Positions 38,546 through 46,547 of a stretch of DNA of 64,000 bases are shown here, one piece after another. Under the pieces are notes generated by a model that saw only the letters and a program-made list of their open reading frames with translations, was not told the DNA's origin and did no database searches. Within the stretch, counting starts at the first letter, position 1. Every line of letters begins with the position of its first letter. Made by a program: the position numbers and the translations under genes. The DNA is from an uncultured Bacteroidota bacterium (GTDB lineage: Bacteria > Bacteroidota > Bacteroidia > Bacteroidales > VadinHA17), in assembly GCA_903844815.1 (NCBI GenBank), contig CAIMVD010000267.1, forward strand, positions 19,118 through 83,117, given 5' to 3'.

Positions 38546-38626
38546 TTGGTTTCTTTTGATAGCTTATTTTTTTACCACGGAGAGATGAAGGAAGATGCAA
38601 AAGACACAAATTGAAATATTAACCTT

Positions 38627-38860
38627 TCATCCTCCCGCAAAGGGAGGAAGGAATGCCACTTCATCACCATTGTTAAGCGCAGATTCTCCATTAATGAGCT
38701 GCTGATTAAGCGAAATCATATAGTTGTAGTGAACAATTTCCGGGTAATCATCCTGTATCCTGAGCCTAAGATCACCAACAGAACTGACATTAGCGTAATA
38801 TTTTACATTACAACCTGTTACCTCTGTCAAAACACCAAAGAATAAAACTTTTATTTCCAT
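38627..38860 (-). CDS. moaD: MoaD/ThiS-family sulfur carrier protein
   Basis: 77 aa beta-grasp-sized protein ending in the diglycine PPFAGG. It lies upstream of moaE. Confidence 0.75.
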   Translation of the reverse strand: MEIKVLFFGVLTEVTGCNVKYYANVSSVGDLRLRIQDDYPEIVHYNYMISLNQQLINGESALNNGDEVAFLPPFAGG

Positions 38861-38868
38861 ATATCAAT

Positions 38869-41673
38869 TTAGTGTGCCTCAAACCAGTTTTTCCCCGTGC
38901 CCCAGTCGACCACAAGCGGAACATCGAGCTTTGCAGCATTCGACATTTCATATATGACCATTTCTTTAAGCTTACCGAGTTCAGAGTTTTCAGTTTCAAA
39001 GATAAGTTCGTCATGCACCTGAAGGATCATTTTCGAAAGATACTTCTCCGACATCAGCCTTTCGTGAATCCTGATCATTGCAATTTTTATAATATCCGCA
39101 GCACTTCCCTGAATAGGTGCATTTATAGCGTTCCTCTCGGCATTTCCCCTGACAACCTGGTTGCGTGAGAGAATATCGGGAAGATACCTCTTGCGCCCGA
39201 ACATTGTTGTAACATATCCCTGATCACGGGCTTTCTTTATGCTTTCATCCATATAGACCTTAACCCCGGGATAGGAACTAAAATACCCGTCGATAAGATC
39301 TTTGGCTTCTTTTCGCCCGATTGTAAGACGCTCGGAAAGACCGAACGAAGAGATGCCGTAGATAATTCCAAAGTTGGCCGTTTTTGCCCTGCTCCGCATT
39401 TCCCTTGTGACATCCTTAAGCTCAACTCCAAAAATTTTTGAGGCAGTTGCCGCATGAATGTCGTTCCCCGAAAGGAAATCGTCGGTCATGCTTTTATCCT
39501 TGCTCAGATGTGCCATCAGGCGCAATTCGATCTGTGAATAATCAGCCGACAGGAAAACATGCCCCTCCTCTGCTACAAAAGCCTTTCTTATCTCCCTTCC
39601 CCGGGCATCCCTGACCGGAATATTCTGGAGGTTTGGATTATTTGAGCTAAGCCTTCCGGTAGCTGCCACTGCCTGATTGTACGAAGTGTGTATTCTGCCC
39701 GTCTTCTTATCGACGAGAAGCGGAAGCGCTTCAACATAGGTTGAAAGCAATTTCTTGAGGCCTCTGTATTCTAGTACCTTTTCGATTATTGGATGCTTAT
39801 GTGAAAGCCTTTGAAGGATCTCCTCGTTCGTTACGAATTGTCGTGTTTTGGTAACTCGTGCGTTTTCGTCGAGCTTCAGCCTTATGAAAAGTATATCGCC
39901 CAGCTGCTTGGGCGATGAAATATTGAATTCCGTCCCAGCCAGATCATAGATCTCCTTTTCAAGCGCTATAATATCTTCGCGAAGGTTAATTGTAATAGCC
40001 TTAAGATCGTCGCGGTCGAGTTTCACTCCGTTCCTTTCTATGGAGGCAAGCACCGGGATCAGTGGCATTTCAATGTTTGCTGACAAGGCACTTAGTCCTT
40101 CGGCACTGATGCGTGGCTCAAAGATATTTTTCAGCCGTAAAGTAACATCGGCATCCTCAACTGCATATTCTTTCAGTTTTTCAACAGGAACCGATGACAT
40201 GTTCTTCTGACTGTTTCCCTTCTCTCCTATAAGAGACTCTATATGAACAGGGCTGTATAACAGGTATGTCTCTGACAGCAGGTTCATGTTATGCCGCATA
40301 TCTGGTTCAAGCAGGTAGTGAGCTATCATAGTATCGAAAAGGGGTCCCTTTACTTCAATGCCGTAGTTGGAAAGGACCTGAATGTCGAACTTGATATTCT
40401 GCCCTATTTTCCGTATTCCCTGGTTTTCAAGCAGGGGTCTGACAATTTCAAGCATTGCCCTGGTTTCGCTCTCTTCTCCTGAAAAATGTATCAGGTATCC
40501 TTTTCCCTTTTCCCATGAAAAGGCAATGGCGACAATTTCAGCCTCGAGAGGGTTTATACTTGTTGTCTCGGTATCGAAGCAAAATTCGTCCAGAGAGCTC
40601 ATTGTTTTTACTACTTCTTCGATCTCATTACGGCCCGCCAGAAGGATATAATTATGTTCAGTATTTTCTATTGAAGACTTACTTACTGCTACTGCTGACA
40701 TTGTATCCTCTCCAAAAAGTGTCCCCTGCAGGGAAGCAGGTTTTGTTACCGGAATAAGAAGAGGTTCGGCAGGCTTTGCTGACTTATCAATTTCTGAAAA
40801 GACTCTTGAGGCTATCGTTTTGAACTCAAGTTCGTCAAAAAGGATTTTAAGCTTTCCGGCATCTGGAACTTCCACAATCAGCTCTTCTTCGTTCAGTTCT
40901 ACCGGCACATTCTGCTCGATAGTGACCAGAATCTTTGATAACTCAATCTGTGCCCTGTTATTTTCGATTATCTCCTTAAGCTTTCCCTTAAGCTTTCCGG
41001 AGTTATTAAAGACCTCTTCAACGCTTCCGTATTCCGAGATCAGTTTCATAGCCGTCTTTGGTCCCACTCCGGGTGCACCGGGTACATTATCGGCGGTGTC
41101 GCCCATAAGAGCAAGAACGTCAATTACCTGAATCGGACGCTCGACGCAGAATTCACGTTTAATATCATCAACACCCCAAACAATTGACTCATTACCGCTT
41201 CGGGAGGGCTTAAGCATGAATACGTTATCGGAAACAAGCTGAGCAAAGTCCTTATCAGGAGTCATCATATAGGTGACAAAATCATTTTCCGATGCTTTTT
41301 TTGCCAGTGTTCCTATTACATCATCGGCTTCAAAGCCAGGGTAATCAATAACCGGTATCCGGTAGGCTTCAAGAAGTCTTTTTATATAGGGGACTGCCAG
41401 TTTGATGTCTTCCGGAGTCTCATCCCGGTTAGCCTTATATGCCTCGAACATCACATGACGGAAGGTTGGGGTGGGAGTATCGAAAACCACTGCAATATGA
41501 GTTGGTTTCTGTTTCTGCAAAACCTCTTCAAGGGCAAGAAGGAAACCGAAAATTGCCGACGTATTGAATCCCTTGGAGGTAACCCTTGGATTCTTTATGA
41601 AGGCATAATATGCCCTGAAAATGAGGGCGTAAGCATCGAGGAGGAAGAGTTTTTTTGGAAGTGTATCGCTCAT
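38869..41673 (-). CDS. polA: DNA polymerase I
   Basis: 934 aa. 5'-nuclease domain (LFLLDAYALIFRAYYA), 3'-5' exonuclease domain (FDTETTS), and polymerase motifs A (LSADYSQIELR), B (RSRAKTANFGIIYG) and C (QVHDE). Confidence 0.95.
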   Translation of the reverse strand: MSDTLPKKLFLLDAYALIFRAYYAFIKNPRVTSKGFNTSAIFGFLLALEEVLQKQKPTHIAVVFDTPTPTFRHVMFEAYKANRDETPEDIKLAVPYIKRLLEAYRIPVIDYPGFEADDVIGTLAKKASENDFVTYMMTPDKDFAQLVSDNVFMLKPSRSGNESIVWGVDDIKREFCVERPIQVIDVLALMGDTADNVPGAPGVGPKTAMKLISEYGSVEEVFNNSGKLKGKLKEIIENNRAQIELSKILVTIEQNVPVELNEEELIVEVPDAGKLKILFDELEFKTIASRVFSEIDKSAKPAEPLLIPVTKPASLQGTLFGEDTMSAVAVSKSSIENTEHNYILLAGRNEIEEVVKTMSSLDEFCFDTETTSINPLEAEIVAIAFSWEKGKGYLIHFSGEESETRAMLEIVRPLLENQGIRKIGQNIKFDIQVLSNYGIEVKGPLFDTMIAHYLLEPDMRHNMNLLSETYLLYSPVHIESLIGEKGNSQKNMSSVPVEKLKEYAVEDADVTLRLKNIFEPRISAEGLSALSANIEMPLIPVLASIERNGVKLDRDDLKAITINLREDIIALEKEIYDLAGTEFNISSPKQLGDILFIRLKLDENARVTKTRQFVTNEEILQRLSHKHPIIEKVLEYRGLKKLLSTYVEALPLLVDKKTGRIHTSYNQAVAATGRLSSNNPNLQNIPVRDARGREIRKAFVAEEGHVFLSADYSQIELRLMAHLSKDKSMTDDFLSGNDIHAATASKIFGVELKDVTREMRSRAKTANFGIIYGISSFGLSERLTIGRKEAKDLIDGYFSSYPGVKVYMDESIKKARDQGYVTTMFGRKRYLPDILSRNQVVRGNAERNAINAPIQGSAADIIKIAMIRIHERLMSEKYLSKMILQVHDELIFETENSELGKLKEMVIYEMSNAAKLDVPLVVDWGTGKNWFEAH

Positions 41674-41703
41674 TTATATCTGTATTGAGTATTAACAAAG
41701 TTG

Positions 41704-41764
41704 GGAGTGGCTAGAGTGTCTAGAGTGTCTAGAGTGTCTAGAGTGTCTAGAGTGCCTAGAGTGT
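41704..41764. repeat. tandem 9-mer array (CTAGAGTGT x6, one variant CTAGAGTGC), left arm
   Basis: Direct reading of 41711..41764, with a partial unit before it. It starts 31 nt upstream of the polA start codon (41673, minus strand). Confidence 0.95.
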
Positions 41765-41780
41765 CAGGAACAAGGAAAGT

Positions 41781-41878
41781 TATATTATTCAACTGATATT
41801 ATATTATTCAACTTTAGACACTTCCAACTTTAGACACTTTAGACACTTCCAACTTTAGACACTTCCAACTTTAGACAC
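41781..41878. repeat. composite tandem repeats: TATATTATTCAACT x2 (19-bp period), then TTAGACAC/TTCCAACT 16-mer array (5 TTAGACAC cores), right arm
   Basis: Direct reading. TTAGACAC occurs at 41814, 41830, 41839, 41855 and 41871. The reverse complement GTGTCTA matches the core spanning unit junctions of the left arm. The array overlaps the last 8 codons and the stop of queD. Confidence 0.95.
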
Positions 41879-42334
41879 TCCTTCCTGGTTATCCGAAGCA
41901 AACCATTCTGCAAATGATGTTGCTGTTTCATGCAATTTAAGATTATGAAGTTTCGTGCCGGCAGGAAGTCTGCGTGAGATTTTTCCCGCAAAATCTGCCA
42001 CCAGGTTTTCGCATGTAGGCTGATAATCGACAAGGACGGTGTTTCCGAATAATTCGGAGAATATCCCTGTTTTCTCCTTTCCAAACCGGCTGTTTAAGAC
42101 AACTGCATGGTCGAACACCTCCACTATTTCTTTCCGGACGATAGCCTTCAGATCGGTAAAATCCATAACCATTCCGTTTTTAGGATTTTCCTGATCGTCA
42201 ACAGGAGTTCCGGACAGAGTTACAAATAACCTGTAGGAATGCCCGTGAACATTTCTGCAGGGCCCGTCATAATTCCATAAAACATGCGACATCTCGAAAG
42301 AGAATTCCTTTGTGACTCTTATAGTTGAAGCCAT
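41855..42334 (-). CDS. queD: 6-carboxy-5,6,7,8-tetrahydropterin synthase
   Basis: 159 aa. FSFEMSHVL, CRNVHGHSYRLFVT (zinc His ligands), DFTDLK. The C-terminal GVSKVGSV is encoded by the repeat array. Confidence 0.85.
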   Translation of the reverse strand: MASTIRVTKEFSFEMSHVLWNYDGPCRNVHGHSYRLFVTLSGTPVDDQENPKNGMVMDFTDLKAIVRKEIVEVFDHAVVLNSRFGKEKTGIFSELFGNTVLVDYQPTCENLVADFAGKISRRLPAGTKLHNLKLHETATSFAEWFASDNQEGVSKVGSV

Positions 42335-42462
42335 AGATTTAAATTTAAAAACAGTTCACTAAATTAACCATTATGTACGATAAAGGTTTAAGGTAGTGGT
42401 GCAGTTTTTTCTATTTTATGTTAATATTAACAACTTTTGAACTATCGGATTTATTTTATCTG

Positions 42463-42470
42463 TACCTTTG
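42463..42470 (+). promoter_or_regulatory. Bacteroidota promoter (-7 box TACCTTTG; upstream TTTG at 42436..42439)
   Basis: A TAnnTTTG match 31 nt upstream of ATG 42502, with a TTTG -33-like element 23 nt upstream of the box. Confidence 0.5.
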
Positions 42471-42501
42471 TATTATATAAACAGCTTAAGAATAGGGGCT
42501 A

Positions 42502-44148
42502 ATGGAAAAAAATGTTGCGAAGTTAACTTTTCCGGCAAAGTTCCGGGAAACTTTAAGTATTCACGGTAAATCGAGCGCCTATGCATTTGTGGGCGAAGAA
42601 CCGAAGAGTTTTGAACAGGTAGACAGTGACATCAAGGCTGTTATCGCCTTTCTTGAAAAAAACGGAATCAAGCCTGGCGATAAGGTAGCTATTCTCAGCA
42701 CCAATATGCCCAACTGGGGAGTGGTTTATTTCTCAGTTACCTTTATGCGTGCGGTTGCTGTTCCAATTCTGCCCGATTTCTCGGCAACAGAAGTAAGCAA
42801 TGTATTAGAACATTCCGGAGCAAAAGCACTCTTCATTTCTACCCCGTTGCTGTCACGCATTGAAGGGCTTAAATCAGAAGAACTCGGTATGATAGTTCTG
42901 ATGGAAGACTTTTCATTTCATTTGGCAGAGGAAGGAGCTTCTGATTTTGATCCCTCTGCAGTCGCAACCGGAAAATATGAGGTGGAAGAAGAAGATCTTG
43001 CATCAATAATTTATACTTCAGGGACAACCGGGCGTTCAAAAGGGGTCATGCTGACACACAGGAACATTACCTTCAATGCCATGAAAGGAAGGGTTATTCA
43101 GGATATGTGTGAGACTGACCGTTTTTTATCAGTTCTACCGCTATCGCATACCTATGAAAATACGCTGGGCCTTATTTTACCGATGTTGTGCGGAAGCTGC
43201 GTTTATTATCTCCGGAAGCCTCCGACTCCTGCAGTTCTGATTCCTGCGATGGCTGAAATCAAGCCAACCGTAATGCTTACAGTTCCGCTTATAATTGAGA
43301 AGATTTATTTTAACAAGATCCTGCCGACATTCCGCGATAACAAGGTCTTGAATATTCTATATAAGCTGCCTCCTTTAAGAAAAATACTCAACAAGGCAGC
43401 GGGGAAGAAACTTTATGAAACTTTCGGCGGATGCATCAAATTCTTCGGGATTGGCGGGGCAAAACTTAATAAATCAGTAGAGAGATTTCTGCTTGAGGCT
43501 AAGTTCCCGTATGCAATTGGATACGGTCTTACCGAAACCGCGCCACTGCTGGCAGGAGCTAATCCAAGCAAATCTGTTTTTGACTCCACCGGTCCTAAAA
43601 TTGAAGGAAGCGAACTTATTATACACAACCCCGACAAGAAAACCGGGGAGGGAGAAATATGGGCACGCGGTCCAATGGTAATGAAGGGTTATTACAAGGA
43701 ACCTGAGATGACCAGTGAAGTAATTACAAGCGACGGATGGTTTAAAACCGGCGACCTGGGAACCCTCGATAACGCGGGGAATCTTTATATTAAGGGCAGG
43801 CTGAAAAACATGATCCTGGGTGCAAGCGGAGAAAACATTTATCCTGAAGAAATAGAATCAATAATAAACAATTTCCGGTTTGTGGTTGAGTCGCTTGTTG
43901 TTCAGAAAAAAGGAAAGCTTGTCGCCTATGTCCACATCAACATGGAAGAACTGGAAAAGAAATACAACGATCTGAAACAGGATGTTTCAAAACAGCTTGA
44001 ACACAAAGTGGAAGAGGTTCTGCACGAACTGCAGCATTATGTAAATTCCCATGTCAACAAGTTCAGCAGGATACAGGAAGTAGTATTACAGCCGGTTCCT
44101 TTTCAGAAAACAGCAACCCTTAAGATAAAGAGGTTTTTATATACTTAG
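42502..44148 (+). CDS. AMP-dependent acyl-CoA synthetase (long-chain fatty acid-CoA ligase-like)
   Basis: 548 aa. AMP-binding signature IIYTSGTTGRSKGVMLTH, plus GYGLTE, and WFKTGDLG...GRLKNMI. Confidence 0.85.
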   Translation: MEKNVAKLTFPAKFRETLSIHGKSSAYAFVGEEPKSFEQVDSDIKAVIAFLEKNGIKPGDKVAILSTNMPNWGVVYFSVTFMRAVAVPILPDFSATEVSNVLEHSGAKALFISTPLLSRIEGLKSEELGMIVLMEDFSFHLAEEGASDFDPSAVATGKYEVEEEDLASIIYTSGTTGRSKGVMLTHRNITFNAMKGRVIQDMCETDRFLSVLPLSHTYENTLGLILPMLCGSCVYYLRKPPTPAVLIPAMAEIKPTVMLTVPLIIEKIYFNKILPTFRDNKVLNILYKLPPLRKILNKAAGKKLYETFGGCIKFFGIGGAKLNKSVERFLLEAKFPYAIGYGLTETAPLLAGANPSKSVFDSTGPKIEGSELIIHNPDKKTGEGEIWARGPMVMKGYYKEPEMTSEVITSDGWFKTGDLGTLDNAGNLYIKGRLKNMILGASGENIYPEEIESIINNFRFVVESLVVQKKGKLVAYVHINMEELEKKYNDLKQDVSKQLEHKVEEVLHELQHYVNSHVNKFSRIQEVVLQPVPFQKTATLKIKRFLYT

Positions 44149-44170
44149 GAATTTTACGGCTATTTACAAA

Positions 44171-44254
44171 GTCCTCCGTGCCTCTCTGTGATCCTCTGTG
44201 TAAGTTCTTAATTTGTTGTTACACAGAGAAGACACAGAGATACACAGAGAAGAC
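44171..44254. repeat. long imperfect hairpin built from three CTCYGTG heptads facing three CACAGAG heptads
   Basis: Left heptads at 44174, 44184 and 44194. Right heptads at 44222, 44233 and 44243. The central perfect stem is CTCTGTGTAA / TTACACAGAG with a 15-nt loop. It lies between convergent genes. Confidence 0.9.
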
Positions 44255-44268
44255 TAAAGCATTAGTTT

Positions 44269-45000
44269 TTATCCCTTTAAAGCTTTCTGATACCTGTCGT
44301 TAACTTCCTTCCAGTTTACCACATTCCAGAATGCCTCAACATAGTCAACCCTTTTGTTCTGATATTTGAGATAATATGCATGTTCCCAAACATCGAGGGT
44401 TAACAGAGGTTTTCCCTTTACAGGCGAGACATCCATAAGAGGATTATCCTGATTTGGAGTGCTTCCGATAGCAAGGCTCTTATCGGCGTTCAGATAAAGC
44501 CAGGCCCATCCGCTGCCGAATCGTGTTTTTGCAGCAGTATTGAATGTTTCCCTGAATTTGTCGAAAGATCCGAAAGATTTGTTTATTGCCGCTGTCAATT
44601 CATCTGATGGCGCGGATGATCCGGGAGCAGCAAGATTATTCCAGAAAACAAGATGATTATAATATCCGCCGCCATTGTTCCTGACAGCATCGGATTGTTT
44701 TGAAACGGAAGAAAAGATCTCTTCAAGTGCCATACCTTCAAGCGGAGTTCCTTTGGTGGCATTGACAAAGTTTGTATAATATGCTCTGTGATGCTTGTCA
44801 TAGTGGATTTCCATAGTCCTGGCATCAATATACGGTTCAAGTGCATTATAGGCATAAGGCAGGGCAGGGAATTCAGGAGTTACTGATCCTTCTGCATTAA
44901 CCGTAACGGCAATTCCTTTGCTTCCGGCAAATAATTTTGGTCCTATCCAGGCAGTTGCAGCTGCGAAACCAAACGTTTTAACAAATTTTCTTCTTTCCAT
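44269..45000 (-). CDS. Fe/Mn superoxide dismutase with Tat-type signal peptide
   Basis: 243 aa. N-terminal MERRKFVKTFGFAAATAW. SOD motifs HYDKHH and DVWEHAYYLKYQN. Confidence 0.9.
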   Translation of the reverse strand: MERRKFVKTFGFAAATAWIGPKLFAGSKGIAVTVNAEGSVTPEFPALPYAYNALEPYIDARTMEIHYDKHHRAYYTNFVNATKGTPLEGMALEEIFSSVSKQSDAVRNNGGGYYNHLVFWNNLAAPGSSAPSDELTAAINKSFGSFDKFRETFNTAAKTRFGSGWAWLYLNADKSLAIGSTPNQDNPLMDVSPVKGKPLLTLDVWEHAYYLKYQNKRVDYVEAFWNVVNWKEVNDRYQKALKG

Positions 45001-45169
45001 TGTTTTTGCTTTCTGAAATCAACATTTTGAGTAATGATTTGTTCAACCCCGGTCAAAAGAAATCCAAAAAACCCATGATTTTTGGCATATTTTGTCAGAG
45101 TCGGAAAAATATTCATACTTTTATGCGGATTGTATTTACTAGTAGCCTCTTAACTTTAAATTTTTCCCA

Positions 45170-45502
45170 ATGAGAATTTTTAAATTATTATTGTCTTTTA
45201 TTCTTATCGGTTTCGTTACAGTTGCCACATCCTGCGGCAGTAAAAACAAGACAGAAAAAGCGTCTTTGGAAACCGCGTCGGTAATTGAAGTTTCGATAGG
45301 TGGAATGACCTGTACCGGATGTGAACAGACCATACAGAACAACCTTGGAAAGCTGGAAGGAATAAAATCTGTGAAAGCGTCATTTACAACAGGCAATGCT
45401 CTGGTTGAATACCTTCCCGGAAAGGTAGATACCCTGAAAATGAAAGAAACCGTTACCGGATCGGGCTATACAGTTAAGAAATTCATCACCGTTCAGAATT
45501 AA
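45170..45502 (+). CDS. heavy-metal-associated (HMA) domain lipoprotein, probable periplasmic copper chaperone
   Basis: 110 aa. Lipoprotein signal (VTVATSC) and the metal-binding motif GMTCTGCEQTI. Confidence 0.75.
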   Translation: MRIFKLLLSFILIGFVTVATSCGSKNKTEKASLETASVIEVSIGGMTCTGCEQTIQNNLGKLEGIKSVKASFTTGNALVEYLPGKVDTLKMKETVTGSGYTVKKFITVQN

Positions 45503-45561
45503 ATTACTGATTTCAATTTTTCAGATTACCTGGTACCTGCAGGCTATTCAATTTAGAATTT

Positions 45562-46536
45562 ATGAGTGAGAAGAAAAAAAAGGAGAATCCTGAAGACTCT
45601 AAAATCGATGAGATACTTGAGTCGTCGCGGCGTGATTTTTTAAAAATGGTCGGTATTGTCGGCGCTGCATCAGTTGCCGGAGGGGCAGCCATATATTCGG
45701 GTTACCGTCATGAAAAAGCCAAATCATCGGGAGAAACAATAAAGGTTCTCACCGAAGATAACCGCCTTGTTGAAATTCCGAAAGACCAGGTGAAAGATTA
45801 CAAGCCTGATCTAAAGGTTTTGCAGACCCGCGGAAGACTTGGAATAAAAGGCAAAAAATGGGTAATGGTAATCGACCTTTCAAAGTGCAGGAATGCCAGA
45901 AAATGTGTTGCTGCCTGCCAGGGGGCACATCATCTCAGACCCTATGAATACCATATCAATACTCTGGTTATGCAGGAGTCGAAAAACACCCCTGCCTACT
46001 ATATGCCTAAAACATGCCAGCACTGCGATAATCCTCCCTGCGTATCGGTATGTCCTGTTGATGCAACATTCAAAAGACAGGACGGAATAGTTTTGATTGA
46101 TAACGAAAGATGTATTGGCTGCAGGTTCTGCATGGCTGCCTGCCCTTATTCAGCCAGGATGTTCCACTGGCAGGAACCGTTGGATGCGGAAGCTGACAAG
46201 GGAAAAGAATATGATGTTGAACTAAACGTTCCCCAGAAAAAAGGGACCATCTCAAAATGCCTCTTCAGTGCCGACAGGGTCAGGGAAGAAACTCTTCCAT
46301 ATTGTGTATCTGCCTGTCCAAACGGCGTTTTTTATTTTGGCGATGAAAATGAAAATGCAGTTACCAACGGAACTACAAAAGAAACTGTAATGCTGAGTGA
46401 ACTTCTTGAGAAGAATGCCGGTTACAGGATTCTTGATGAACTCGGAACAAAGCCAAGGGTATATTACCTTCCCCCTAAGAACCGGATTTTTGATTTTAAG
46501 CAAGGTCCTGCAACTGAATATAAAGAAACAACATAA
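45562..46536 (+). CDS. Tat-exported iron-sulfur subunit (NrfC/PsrB/HybA/ActB-C-terminal type)
   Basis: 324 aa. Tat motif SRRDFLKMVG. Four ferredoxin-like Cys motifs: CRNARKCVAAC, CQHCDNPPCVSVCP, CIGCRFCMAACP, and CLFS...CVSACP. Confidence 0.8.
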   Translation: MSEKKKKENPEDSKIDEILESSRRDFLKMVGIVGAASVAGGAAIYSGYRHEKAKSSGETIKVLTEDNRLVEIPKDQVKDYKPDLKVLQTRGRLGIKGKKWVMVIDLSKCRNARKCVAACQGAHHLRPYEYHINTLVMQESKNTPAYYMPKTCQHCDNPPCVSVCPVDATFKRQDGIVLIDNERCIGCRFCMAACPYSARMFHWQEPLDAEADKGKEYDVELNVPQKKGTISKCLFSADRVREETLPYCVSACPNGVFYFGDENENAVTNGTTKETVMLSELLEKNAGYRILDELGTKPRVYYLPPKNRIFDFKQGPATEYKETT

Positions 46537-46547
46537 TACCGGATATA

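Noticed and set aside
41704-41878. Possible CRISPR array.
   Set aside because: The repeat units are only 8-16 bp and directly abut each other without unique spacers. There are no cas genes in the window.
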